A stretch of DNA of 61,843 bases from a virus (lineage: Duplodnaviria > Caudoviricetes), in IMG/VR virus record IMGVR_UViG_3300027965_000203, positions 1 through 61,843 of that record; one strand, written 5' to 3'. Position 1 is the stretch's first letter. The number at the start of each line of letters is the position of its first letter. The notes beneath the pieces are model-generated. The model did not search any database, was not told where the DNA came from, and worked only from the letters and a program-made list of their open reading frames with translations. Below are positions 27,551 to 37,345 of this stretch, piece by piece. The position numbers and the translations under genes were made by a program.

Positions 27551-28042
27551 ATGAAGCTTCTTCGCGCCGCCCGCGCCGCGGGCGCGGCCTTTGCGCTCGT
27601 GCTCGTCGGCATGATCGCTCACGCCTCGGTCGGCACGCAGCCGGGCAGCGGTATGGGCCTGGTCGACGGCGTGTGGCTCAACGGCCTCGCCGGCGGCCAG
27701 AACTATGCCTACCAGTACGGCATCACGGCGCATGCCGGCGGCACGCAGGCCGCTTGTCTCTCGATCACGCCCGGCGCCTACCTCTACGAGGTCGACACGG
27801 TCGCGAGCGGCAATGACAGCATCTGCATCCCCTACGCGCAGGCCGGCATGAACTTCAGCCTGCGCAATGCCGGCGCCAGCACGCTCGCGATCTACGCGCA
27901 GGCAGGCACCAACCTGGTCACCGGCTCGACCGATCAGATCAACGGCTCGAGCAATTCGACCTCGTACACGCTCTCGACACAGAACAGCGTCGAATGTTTC
28001 GTGGCGAAGCCCGGGTCGTGGTCCTGCGTCCACGGTAACTGA
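27551..28042 (+). CDS. Signal-peptide-bearing virion-type beta domain protein
   Basis: MKLLRAARAAGAAFALVLVGMIAHA; AGGTQA...DTVASGNDSI.IP...RNAGASTLAIY...DQING; 4 Cys. Confidence 0.72.
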   Translation: MKLLRAARAAGAAFALVLVGMIAHASVGTQPGSGMGLVDGVWLNGLAGGQNYAYQYGITAHAGGTQAACLSITPGAYLYEVDTVASGNDSICIPYAQAGMNFSLRNAGASTLAIYAQAGTNLVTGSTDQINGSSNSTSYTLSTQNSVECFVAKPGSWSCVHGN

Positions 28043-28051
28043 CGCCTCGAC

Positions 28052-28246
28052 ATGCGCCGCACGCTCTTCGGCTGGCAGGTCCCGGGCGGATATTGCCTCT
28101 CCAAGGTCCCGCCCGACCTGCCGCAGCTGCCGCGCGATGTCCATCCAACGATCGATGCGGCCGAGGGCGCGGCGATGAAGCGTAAAGCCGTCGTCGTCTG
28201 GTGCGGGCCGGCGCTCGCCGAGAAAGCCCGGCTCGAGGCCGCGTAA
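28052..28246 (+). CDS. Hypothetical protein
   Basis: Fills the gap between structural genes. Confidence 0.5.
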   Translation: MRRTLFGWQVPGGYCLSKVPPDLPQLPRDVHPTIDAAEGAAMKRKAVVVWCGPALAEKARLEAA

Positions 28247-28249
28247 GCC

Positions 28250-29791
28250 ATGGTCGGCATCCCCCTTACCAGCGGCGCCTATTCGGCGCAGGGCTACATT
28301 GCCAATGCCCAGCGCTGCGTGAACCTCTATCCGGAGCGCAACCCGCCGGAGACGAAGCCGGTCACGCCGTTCACGCTCTATCCGCGCCCAGGCCTGCGCT
28401 CGCTCGCGCTGTGCCCGGCGCCGGGGCCTGGCCGCTGCCTCTATCGCTCGACCCGTGGCGGATACGACCCCAACGGCGATCTCTTCGCCGTCGTCGGCGT
28501 CAACGTCTACGCGATCGATCCGGACTGGAACTTCCATCTGCTGGGGCAGATGCGAAATCCGCTGCGCACGCCGGTATCCATGGCGGATAACGGCACGGCC
28601 ATCATCGTGGTCGACGGCAGCACCTCGGGAAACCAGATCGTGATTGCGGCCGCGGGTGCTGCCTATTCGGCGGCATCATTCACCGAGATCGGCGATCCGA
28701 ACTTCCTCGGCTCGACGCGCGCCGACTTCCTCGACACGTTCATTCTGCTCAACAAGCCCGGCACCAACCAGTGGTACTGCACGCTGCAGGGCCAGATCGC
28801 CTTCAACGGGCTCTATGTCGGGGTCAAGACGGCGTGGCCCGACAACATTCTCTGTGTGGTCGCGATCGAGCGCGAAGCCTGGGTGTTCGGCTCGCAGAAG
28901 AACGAGCCCTGGTACAACGCCGGCGCCGTGCCGTTCCCGTTCCAGCTCCTGCCCGGCGTCATCATCGAGCAAGGCTGCGTCGCCGCCTATTCGCCAGCGA
29001 AGATGGATACCAACGTCTTCTGGCTCTCGCAGAGCCCGGAAGGCGCCCGCATGGTGATGCGCGGCAACAACCAGAACGTCGCGCAGCGCATCTCGACGCA
29101 TGCGATCGAGGCCGAGTTCAAGAAATATGCCCGCGTCGATGACGCGATCGGCTCGGTCTACCAGATCGCCGGACACTCGTTTTACAAGCTGCATTTCCCG
29201 ACCGCCGATAAGACCTGGGGCTTCGACCAGGCGACCGAGCAGTGGCACGAGGACGCCTGGATCGACAACAATGGCGTCCTGCATCGCGCCCGCAACACGT
29301 TCATGGCCTATGCCTACGGCAAGAACGTCGGGCTCGATTGGGCGACGGGACAGCTCTACGAGGTGACGGCGGACGCGTTGACCGATGCCGGCCAGCCGAT
29401 CCCGTGGATCAGGTCGTTCCCGCACGCGCTCGAGGAACTCAAGCAGGTGAGCCATGCGGCGTTCGTCGCCGATGTGCAGACTGGCACCGATCCGGGCACG
29501 GGCGAGGTCGTGCAGTTTCGCACGCCTTGGAACGCGGGCTTCAGCCAGGGGTTTGGCCCGCTGACGCAGGTCGCGTCGCCCGTCGTCTACATGCGCATGT
29601 CGCGCGATGGCGGCAACACATTCGGCAATGCCCGCGCCAAGGGCCGGCTGAGCGCCGGCCGATATCGCTCGCTCCTGCGCTGGCGCAACAATGGGATCGC
29701 GCGCGACGCGGTGTTCGAGCTTTCGTCCACCGCCGAAATGTCGAATGCGCTCAACGGCGCTTTCATCGATCCCGTGGTCGGGAACGCATAG
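28250..29791 (+). CDS. Tail hub / packaged DNA stabilization protein (P22 gp10-like)
   Basis: QRCVNLYPE, RISTHAIE, YQIAGHSFYKLHFPTADKTW..D.AT.QWHE, SRDGGNTFGN, RDAVFEL. Confidence 0.9.
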   Translation: MVGIPLTSGAYSAQGYIANAQRCVNLYPERNPPETKPVTPFTLYPRPGLRSLALCPAPGPGRCLYRSTRGGYDPNGDLFAVVGVNVYAIDPDWNFHLLGQMRNPLRTPVSMADNGTAIIVVDGSTSGNQIVIAAAGAAYSAASFTEIGDPNFLGSTRADFLDTFILLNKPGTNQWYCTLQGQIAFNGLYVGVKTAWPDNILCVVAIEREAWVFGSQKNEPWYNAGAVPFPFQLLPGVIIEQGCVAAYSPAKMDTNVFWLSQSPEGARMVMRGNNQNVAQRISTHAIEAEFKKYARVDDAIGSVYQIAGHSFYKLHFPTADKTWGFDQATEQWHEDAWIDNNGVLHRARNTFMAYAYGKNVGLDWATGQLYEVTADALTDAGQPIPWIRSFPHALEELKQVSHAAFVADVQTGTDPGTGEVVQFRTPWNAGFSQGFGPLTQVASPVVYMRMSRDGGNTFGNARAKGRLSAGRYRSLLRWRNNGIARDAVFELSSTAEMSNALNGAFIDPVVGNA

Positions 29792-30229
29792 ATGGGTTTC
29801 CCCGGCCTGCAGGCGTTTCAGCAGAATTTCCCGGCGCCGCAGACGTCGATCATCGGGCCGAATGGCACGTTCACGACGGACGGCCGCTATCTCCTGCTGG
29901 CGCTGTGGAACAGGACCGGCGGCGCATCGGGCGCGCCTTCGGTCGGCGTCGGACTTGTGGTGCAGGCAGGCACGTCGTTTCCGATCGTCAATGATTGGAG
30001 CGAGTTCGACACGGTGCCCAACGGCGGTTCGGTGATCATTCCTGGGCTCAAGGTCGGCGCGAGTGCCGTGATCTTCAACGGCGGCGCCAACGCGCTTTCG
30101 GTGCTGCCGCAGCCCGGATCGCGGATCGACGCACTCGCGGTCGGCGCCGGCTACCCGCTCGCTGCCGGCAAGACCCAGATATTCAGCGCCTGGTCGCCCA
30201 CCCAACTGCGCTCGCTGCAGCTCGGATGA
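29792..30229 (+). CDS. Tail-associated protein (tail needle position)
   Basis: Follows the gp10-like gene; C-terminal domain resembles 27551-28042 but has no signal peptide and no Cys. Confidence 0.65.
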   Translation: MGFPGLQAFQQNFPAPQTSIIGPNGTFTTDGRYLLLALWNRTGGASGAPSVGVGLVVQAGTSFPIVNDWSEFDTVPNGGSVIIPGLKVGASAVIFNGGANALSVLPQPGSRIDALAVGAGYPLAAGKTQIFSAWSPTQLRSLQLG

Positions 30230-30696
30230 TCGAGATGGACGAGACCGCCGCCGCCCCGCAGCTCACGCCGCCGGAAGCGCTCACCGCGCGCGATGCGGTC
30301 GCGGCCTTCGAGGCGCAATTGCGCGGCTATCCGCAGCTCACGCTCACGGTCCGCCATTGGTTTGCGCCCGGCATCTATGCGCGTGAACTCATGATCCCGG
30401 CCGGGACGCTGCTGACCGGCAAAATCCACAAAGCTGCGCACCTTTGCATCATGTCGGCCGGCGACATGGAGGTGCTGACCGAGGGCGGAATCGTCCGGGT
30501 CAAGGCGCCGTTCACGCTCGTCTCTCCGCCCGGCACCAAGCGCATCGCGCTCGCCCATGCCGATACGGTGTGGACCACGATCCATCCGAGCACCGAGACC
30601 GACCTCGACAAACTCGAGGCGGAGCTCATCGCCGAGTCGGAAGACGATTATCAGGCCTTCCTTCTGGCCCAGCAGGCACCAAAATGTCTTTCGTAG
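30226..30696 (+). CDS. Cupin-fold phage protein
   Basis: HWFAPGIYARELMIPAGTLLTGKIHKAAH...SPPGTKR...DTVWTTIH. Confidence 0.8.
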   Translation: MIEMDETAAAPQLTPPEALTARDAVAAFEAQLRGYPQLTLTVRHWFAPGIYARELMIPAGTLLTGKIHKAAHLCIMSAGDMEVLTEGGIVRVKAPFTLVSPPGTKRIALAHADTVWTTIHPSTETDLDKLEAELIAESEDDYQAFLLAQQAPKCLS

Positions 30697-31394
30697 CGGT
30701 CGCCATCGCGGGATCCGCCGCCGCCGGGCTCGGTGGCGCCTATCTGACGTCGCAGGCTGCAAAAAACGCATCCAATGCACAGGTACAGCAGGGCGAGGCG
30801 GCGCTCGCGCAGCAGAACGCGTTGTTTCAGCAGGGCGTCGGCATGGTGCAGCCCTATATCGACCGCGGCAACACAGCTGGCGCGACGCTCTCGAGCCTGC
30901 TCACGCCGGGCCCGAACCAGACGGCGACGCTCTCGCAGATCCCGGGCTTCACCTTCGCCCAGGACTGGGGGCAGAAGGCGGTGCAGAACATCGGCACCGT
31001 CAATGGGCTCGGCGGCAATACGCTGACCGCGGGCGCGAACTTCGCGACCGGGCAGGCACAGCAGGGCTTCGGCACGCTGGCGCAGCTCCTGCTCGGGCTC
31101 ACCCAGACCGGCGGCAATGCGGCATCGAGCGCCTTCGGCAACGCGACGCAGACCGGCGCCAACATGGCGAGCACGCTCACCGGCATCGGCAACGCGCAGG
31201 CCGCAGGCACGCTCGGATCGGCGAATGCGCTCGCCGGCGGGCTCACGAACGCCGGCAATGCCGGCCTCAATGGGCTCTTGTTGAGCAAGCTCTTGCCGGG
31301 CGGGAATGCCAACCCTAACCCGGGCATCTATTCCGGCGGCGCCGGCGAGGGCAACACGCTCAGCACGTATAGCAATGGCGTGGTTGGACCATGA
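30684..31394 (+). CDS. DNA ejection protein (P22 gp7-like)
   Basis: MSFVAVAIAGSAAAGLGGAY.....A..A, QPY...G, PGFTF, GNAQAAGTLGSANA. Confidence 0.8.
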   Translation: MSFVAVAIAGSAAAGLGGAYLTSQAAKNASNAQVQQGEAALAQQNALFQQGVGMVQPYIDRGNTAGATLSSLLTPGPNQTATLSQIPGFTFAQDWGQKAVQNIGTVNGLGGNTLTAGANFATGQAQQGFGTLAQLLLGLTQTGGNAASSAFGNATQTGANMASTLTGIGNAQAAGTLGSANALAGGLTNAGNAGLNGLLLSKLLPGGNANPNPGIYSGGAGEGNTLSTYSNGVVGP

Positions 31395-31930
31395 ACCCGC
31401 TCCAGACCTCGGGCCCGCCGGCCGCGCCACTGCCGAATGCGCCACTCGCGCCCTCGCCCGGCGCATCCCCGCAGGCGACCTCCGCGCCCGCGCCAGGCGC
31501 TACGGCCCCCGCCGCGATGCCGCCGCCGCCCACGCACGCCCAGACGGTCGCGACGCTGCGCCATCTCCACATGGTCAACGCCGCCTTCGCGCCGATCCTC
31601 CAGGACCGCGATCTCGGCAAGACCGACCAGAAATCCTCCATCATCGACGCCGTGGTCCATCTCGTTGCCGAGCGCGTCGTGCCGCAGGCCTCCGCCGTCA
31701 TGCTTCTCAGCCAAGTACCGACCGACCCGCTCGAGCAGCGCAAATGGCTGCAGAATTTCTATGACGGCAATGAGCGCGCGGCCGTGACCGTGCTTGAGCA
31801 CCACGCCGCCGGCGGACCGCAGACGCTCGACTGGCAGGCTGATCAGGCAAGCTTCACGCCCTATGACCGCAACGCTCACATGAAGACGATGGATGGCGTC
31901 GTGGCGAATTACCGAGGCCGCCGTGGCTGA
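31391..31930 (+). CDS. Hypothetical protein in the ejection module
   Basis: ATGA coupling; Pro-rich N-terminus. Confidence 0.65.
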   Translation: MNPLQTSGPPAAPLPNAPLAPSPGASPQATSAPAPGATAPAAMPPPPTHAQTVATLRHLHMVNAAFAPILQDRDLGKTDQKSSIIDAVVHLVAERVVPQASAVMLLSQVPTDPLEQRKWLQNFYDGNERAAVTVLEHHAAGGPQTLDWQADQASFTPYDRNAHMKTMDGVVANYRGRRG

Positions 31931-33299
31931 TCTCTCCGCACTCTATCCGGCGCCCCCGCAGAACAACGGCCTGCTGTCCGATCCGGCGCGGATCATCGGC
32001 ACGATCGGCGCGCTCAACCAGAATGCGCTGTTTCAGCAGGAATTTGCCGCGAGGAAGGCGATCGGGCAGGCCTATCAGGATGCGATCCGGCCCGACGGCA
32101 ATATCGACACGAACGTGCTGATGAACGGCCCGCGCGGGATCAAGAACAATCCCGATGCGGGGTTTCTGGCGGGCGAGGCCTCGGCCGGCGCGCTCGCGCG
32201 CACGCACCAGATGATCGCCAATACGCTTGCGGCGACCGAGCTCGGGGCAAAGCAGCAGGATTACGTGACGAACTTCATCGGCTCGACCGCGACCAATCCG
32301 AACGCGCGGGCCGGCGACATCGTCAACGGCCTGGTCGCGCTCAAGCGCAATATCCCCTCGCTCTCGGCGCCGATGATCAACGGCTGGATCAAGAAGTTCT
32401 CGACGATCGACGATACAACGCCGCAGGGGCAGGCGGACTTGCAGGCGAGCAAGAACCTGCTGCGCGATTGGGCGATCGGGCCGGCGGCGCTTGCGCAGCG
32501 CGTTCCCGGGCCGCCGCAGCCCGGCACGGGCGCGCCGACGACGATCCCGCTCGGCACCGCCAATGATACGGGCGGCGGACCTGCAGCGCCTGGCGCGCCT
32601 CCGGCGGCGCCCGGCACCATCGTGGGCAACCGCCCGGGTCTTTCCGAGGCTGCCGTCATCAATGCGACGCAGGGCGCGAACCTCGCAGGCGCGCTCACGG
32701 CCGCGAATGACACCTCGCCGGCCCGCAAGGCGATCTTGGGCAACCTCGAAAACACGCTCTCCGGCGCGCATGCGTTTGAGCCCGGGCCCGGCGCCGACTT
32801 CTCCAAAGTCGCCAAGGCCTTCATCAACCGCAACGTGCCGTTGCCGCCGGGCTGGAAGTTCGATCCGAAGTCGATCGCGAGCCAGGAGGAATTCGCCAAG
32901 CAGGCCTACCAGCTCGCGCAATCCCAGTTCCAGGCGATCGGTGGCACCGGCACGGACGCAAAGCTCGACTCCGCGATGAGCACGAGCCCGAACGAATTGC
33001 TTTCGCTGCTCGGCAACCAAGGCATTATCCGCCTGCTCAAGGGCAACGAGGACGCGATCCAGGCCAAGAACCGCGCGTGGCGGCAATGGGTGCGCGCCGG
33101 CAATGGCGCCGACAGCTACGCCGACTTTTCCGAGGACTTCAATTCGCACTTCGATCCGCGCGCCTTCCAGTTCAAGTATCTCAAGCCGGCGGAGCGTCAG
33201 CAGTACATCGAGCACATGGATCCCGCCGACCGGCAGCGATTCGTGACCAATCTCACCGACGCGCATAAGCGCGGCTGGATCAAGTTCGAGGGCGAGTAG
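31923..33299 (+). CDS. Putative DNA ejection protein (gp20 position)
   Basis: GTG start after GAGG; Ala/Gln/Asn-rich helical composition; synteny. Confidence 0.65.
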   Translation: MADLSALYPAPPQNNGLLSDPARIIGTIGALNQNALFQQEFAARKAIGQAYQDAIRPDGNIDTNVLMNGPRGIKNNPDAGFLAGEASAGALARTHQMIANTLAATELGAKQQDYVTNFIGSTATNPNARAGDIVNGLVALKRNIPSLSAPMINGWIKKFSTIDDTTPQGQADLQASKNLLRDWAIGPAALAQRVPGPPQPGTGAPTTIPLGTANDTGGGPAAPGAPPAAPGTIVGNRPGLSEAAVINATQGANLAGALTAANDTSPARKAILGNLENTLSGAHAFEPGPGADFSKVAKAFINRNVPLPPGWKFDPKSIASQEEFAKQAYQLAQSQFQAIGGTGTDAKLDSAMSTSPNELLSLLGNQGIIRLLKGNEDAIQAKNRAWRQWVRAGNGADSYADFSEDFNSHFDPRAFQFKYLKPAERQQYIEHMDPADRQRFVTNLTDAHKRGWIKFEGE

Positions 33300-35447
33300 A
33301 TGGCTGACACGGTCACGCCGACCCCGCCGTCGCAGGATCAGATCAACGACGTCCTCGCCCGCTATGGCGTCGGGCCCGGTCCCTCGACCGTGGTGGCGCC
33401 GGCCTCGAGCGATGACGCCGCGCAGGTGCTGCAGCGCTACGGCGTCACGCTCAATCCGAAGGCGCCCGTTGCGCCGACGGCGGACAGCGACGCCGCCGCG
33501 CGCGGGCTCGTGGTGCCTGGCACCAACGATGATCTCGCCAAGGTCAAACCGGGCAGCAAATTCAAGTTCGAGGCGGGGGAGTATTTCACTCCGCAGGAGG
33601 TCAAAAGCGGCCTCAACCGCGGCATTGGCTCTCAGTTCGTCAATGGCATTCCGATCGTCGGGCCGGCCTTCAATGCGCTCACCGCCGAGATCAATCCCGG
33701 GGCGCCGACGTTCGGCCAGCGCTTCTATGATCAGCAGGCGGCGGATCGTGCATACGCGGCGCTGCACCCGGCGCTTTCGACCGGCGCGAATGTCGCCGGC
33801 AGCCTCGTCGGTTATGGCGGCATCGCGCGAGCCGCGCCGGCGCTTCTCGGGCTCTCGGGCCCGACGACGGGCGCGCGCATCTACCAAGGCATTGCGGGCG
33901 GCGGCGGCCTCAACGCGCTCGACGCCATCCTGCGCGGCGAGAATCCGATCCCTGCCGCGACGATTGGCGCGGTGAGCGGCGGCATTGCGCCGGCGGCGGG
34001 GGCGGTCAGCGAGGGCGCCGCCAATGCGGCGGCACGCCTCGCCTGGCCGCGCCCGAACGCGCTCGCCGGCGTTCCGCGTTCCGGCATCAACGTGCTGACC
34101 AATGCACTCGCGGGCGAGACGCCGTCCTCGATCGCGGCCGCGGTCGATCGCATGGGGCCGGCCGGCGTCTTCGCCGACCTCAACCCGCGCACCACCGATA
34201 TCGCCGGTGCCATCTCCGACCTGCCGATCGCGGAGCGCACCGCGATCCAGAATGCCTATCGCGCGCGCGCCGCCGCGGCGCCCCAGCGCGTCGATGCGGC
34301 GCTCACCAAGGCGACGGGCGTCCCGGGCGGTATCAACGTCGTGCAATATGCCGATTGGCTCGATCAGCAGCGCTCGGCTGCCGCGGGACCGCTCTACGAT
34401 CAGTTCCGCAGTATGAGCGTGCAGCCGACGCCAAAACTGACCCAGGATATCATTCCGCGACTGGAGAAAGCTGGCGCGTTCGAGCGTGCCGAGTACCTCG
34501 CCGGCATCACGGGTCAGAAGATCGATCGCGCCAATATGACGCCTGCGCAATACGATCTCGTCAAGCAGGGCCTCGATAGCAAGATCGACCAGGCATACGC
34601 CAATGGCGACAAGACGGTCGGCTCGAAACTCGTGGCATTGAAAAACGATCTCATCGACGAGATCGGCCAAACCAATGCCGGCCAGGTCTGGAATAAGGCG
34701 CGTCAAACTTTCGCTGATCGCAGCAACGTCATCGATCAGCTCGAGGCCGGCTACAACACCCCGCTTGGCGGCCGCTCGGCGCAGAGCGTCGACGAGTTCG
34801 AGCAGGAGTGGAACGGCCTTTCCCGTCCCGAGCAGATCGCCCGCACCATGGGCTGGCGCAAGATGATTGCGGAGACAATGGGCGAGCCCGGCAATGCAGC
34901 CAGCATCACCCGCGGCAAGCTGCTCTCGCCGAACAACCAGGCGAAGATGCGCATCATGTTCGGCGACCAGAAAGCCGATGAGCTGATCGGCACGCTGCAG
35001 CAGGAAAAGGACTTCGCCGACCGCCTGCCGGCCGTGATCCCCAACTGGAATACGGGCGCGAGCGCGCAGACGCGCGCGGAACGCATGCAGATGTTCGCGC
35101 CGCCGACCAATGCGCTCTCGTCCTGGACGCCGGGTCTCGACCTGACCAACCCGCTGCACGTCGTTCCGTCGGCGCTGCGGCCCGGGACGGTGGCGCAGGA
35201 TTTCGCGATGGCGCGCGCCGGCCGTGTGCCGCCATCGCTGGTGCCGATCCTGCTCACCCCGCAAGCGCAGGTGCCCGACGTGGCCGACGCGATCATGTCG
35301 GAAGGCAATCGTCTCGCGAAGACGTCTAGCCTCGTCAGGAACTATGTGGCGCGTCCGGCACAGTTCGCCATCGCCGGCCCGGGCCAGGCCGAGTACCGTC
35401 GGCGCTACGAGCTCGCGCAGCCTCTGCAGCCGCCCACTGGCCCGTAA
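33300..35447 (+). CDS. Putative DNA ejection protein (gp16 position)
   Basis: 715 aa, Gly/Ala-rich hydrophobic segment then a helical region; synteny. Confidence 0.7.
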   Translation: MADTVTPTPPSQDQINDVLARYGVGPGPSTVVAPASSDDAAQVLQRYGVTLNPKAPVAPTADSDAAARGLVVPGTNDDLAKVKPGSKFKFEAGEYFTPQEVKSGLNRGIGSQFVNGIPIVGPAFNALTAEINPGAPTFGQRFYDQQAADRAYAALHPALSTGANVAGSLVGYGGIARAAPALLGLSGPTTGARIYQGIAGGGGLNALDAILRGENPIPAATIGAVSGGIAPAAGAVSEGAANAAARLAWPRPNALAGVPRSGINVLTNALAGETPSSIAAAVDRMGPAGVFADLNPRTTDIAGAISDLPIAERTAIQNAYRARAAAAPQRVDAALTKATGVPGGINVVQYADWLDQQRSAAAGPLYDQFRSMSVQPTPKLTQDIIPRLEKAGAFERAEYLAGITGQKIDRANMTPAQYDLVKQGLDSKIDQAYANGDKTVGSKLVALKNDLIDEIGQTNAGQVWNKARQTFADRSNVIDQLEAGYNTPLGGRSAQSVDEFEQEWNGLSRPEQIARTMGWRKMIAETMGEPGNAASITRGKLLSPNNQAKMRIMFGDQKADELIGTLQQEKDFADRLPAVIPNWNTGASAQTRAERMQMFAPPTNALSSWTPGLDLTNPLHVVPSALRPGTVAQDFAMARAGRVPPSLVPILLTPQAQVPDVADAIMSEGNRLAKTSSLVRNYVARPAQFAIAGPGQAEYRRRYELAQPLQPPTGP

Positions 35448-35617
35448 ACCGGCGCCAGGCGGCGCAGCGCGCCCCGATCGTCCCTTCATTCCACTGCGGG
35501 TCGCTCGCCTGGAAATGCAGCCACGCGGCGTGCTCGCGCCGCCAATCGAGATAGCCGCGGATCACGCTTCGCCCGAAGTGCCGCTGCAGCCCGCGATACG
35601 CGCCGCAAATCACCGAG

Positions 35618-37345
35618 ATGCCGATGCCGATCCAGAAATCGACGCCGAAGAGGTGGACGAACTGCATGGCTGTCCTCGCGACCGCCATCCTATTCGCCTG
35701 CGCGCTCATTGGCCATGCCCATGCGGCCGCCACCCTTCTCCCCCCGGGGGAAAACTGCTTCCAGGCGACCACCGGCATCAACGGCATGGTCGGCACGCTC
35801 GGCACCATCACGGGCGGCACGGGCGGCACCAACGGCACCTATTCGGGCGTGGCGCTCACCGGCGGGTCCGGGAGCGGCGCGACCGCCAATATCACGGTAT
35901 CGGGCGGCGCCGTCACGGCGATCGCGATCCTCTCCCCCGGCACGCAATACGTGGTCGGCGACACGCTTTCGGCCGCCTCCGGCTCAATCGGCAACGTCAC
36001 CGGCTTCTCGGTCCCGGTCGCCTCGGTCGCGATCAATTCCTCGCTCGCCGGCGGATCCGTCTATTTCTACATCCCGAACACGACCACGTTCAAACAGACC
36101 TGGTCGAACGCGACCCAGACGGTCCTCAACCCGAATCCGGTCATCCTCGATCAGAACGGCTGCGCCGTCATCTACGGCACCGGCACCTATCGGCAGGTCC
36201 TCAAGGATCAGCTCGGCAACACGGTCTGGGATCAGACCACGACCGACACGAGCGCCACCAACAGCACATTTTGGGCGGGGCTCGCCGGCGGGACGCCGAA
36301 CGTCATCACGGTCGTCGACCCGGGCTTCAATGCGACCGACGGATCGATCGTCAATTTCACGGCGCTCGCGACCAATACGTCGGCCGCGACGCTCAACCCG
36401 TCGAGCTTCGGCGCGATCCCGATCCTCAAGGATACGACGGCCGGCCCGGTCGCGCTGACCGGCGGCGAGATCGTCCAGAGCAATCCGATCTCGGCCATCT
36501 TCCGCGCGACCGACAATGCGTTTCATCTGCTCAATACCGTCATCGCCTCGGCGAGCGGCACGACGGCGCCGCTCTGCGGCGCGACCAATCTCACCATCGG
36601 CAATAACGGGGCCAACCCGAACTCCATTCTGAGCATCCTCGCCGACCAGGTGGTGATGCAGACGACGGCCGGCATCACGGTCAATCGCTCGAACGTCACG
36701 CTCGGGCTGATCAACATCACCACCGGCAACTCGGTCGCGACCGCGAACGGCATGGATGGGGAGGCCCCCGGCACGAGCGGCTGGCTCTACATCTGGGCGA
36801 TCGACAACGGCGGCGGCGCGGCCGGCCTCGTGTCCACCGCATCGGGCAACGGCCTCAATCCGACGCTGCCGAGCGGCTACACCTACAAGTGCCGCTTGGG
36901 CGCGATGCGGGTCGATGGCAGCGGAAATCTGCTGCGCACGCTCCAGCACGGCAACGTCGCGCAATATCAGGTGACCGGGGGCGGCACGCTGCCGCTCATC
37001 ACCAATGCGTTCGGCACTTATTGGACTGGACAACCGATCTCGTCTTTCGTGCCGCCGACCGCGGCGGCGATCAATACCGCGTTCCGCGCCGTCCTCTCGG
37101 CCAACTTTGGAGGCACCGCAACGGAGGCAGCAGCGGTCGCGCCGAATGGCGGCTACGGCGCCGCCCCATCAAGTGCGCCGTGTGCACAATCGCTCAACAA
37201 TGGTGCATCAGGCGCAATCGCTACCGACAACACGATGATCTGCAGCTTCGTGCTCGAAAGCACGAACCTCTTCACCGGCAACACATCGGCTTCGGCGGCC
37301 ACCCTGAGCGCGCTCGGCTGGCGGGATGCTGTCAATGCGAATTGA
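35618..37345 (+). CDS. Tailspike/tail fibre with a P22-type head-binding-like domain, preceded by a signal peptide
   Basis: LAGGSVYFYIPNTTTFKQTW...NPNPVILDQNG.AVIY...Y...LKDQLGNTVW; N-terminal MAVLATAILFACALIGHAHA; start 35618, 35624 or 35666. Confidence 0.78.
   Translation: MPMPIQKSTPKRWTNCMAVLATAILFACALIGHAHAAATLLPPGENCFQATTGINGMVGTLGTITGGTGGTNGTYSGVALTGGSGSGATANITVSGGAVTAIAILSPGTQYVVGDTLSAASGSIGNVTGFSVPVASVAINSSLAGGSVYFYIPNTTTFKQTWSNATQTVLNPNPVILDQNGCAVIYGTGTYRQVLKDQLGNTVWDQTTTDTSATNSTFWAGLAGGTPNVITVVDPGFNATDGSIVNFTALATNTSAATLNPSSFGAIPILKDTTAGPVALTGGEIVQSNPISAIFRATDNAFHLLNTVIASASGTTAPLCGATNLTIGNNGANPNSILSILADQVVMQTTAGITVNRSNVTLGLINITTGNSVATANGMDGEAPGTSGWLYIWAIDNGGGAAGLVSTASGNGLNPTLPSGYTYKCRLGAMRVDGSGNLLRTLQHGNVAQYQVTGGGTLPLITNAFGTYWTGQPISSFVPPTAAAINTAFRAVLSANFGGTATEAAAVAPNGGYGAAPSSAPCAQSLNNGASGAIATDNTMICSFVLESTNLFTGNTSASAATLSALGWRDAVNAN

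Noticed and set aside
30684-31394. Signal peptide on the gp7-like ejection protein
   Set aside because: The Gly/Ala-rich hydrophobic N-terminus is normal for this family, lacks a basic N-region, and the protein has no Cys; not counted among exported proteins
35335-35667. Antisense ORF with an N-terminal hydrophobic stretch (MQFVHLFGVDFWIGIGISVICG) between ejection and tailspike genes
   Set aside because: Overlaps both neighbours and has no recognisable motif; cannot be excluded, and if real it would favour the tailspike start at 35666
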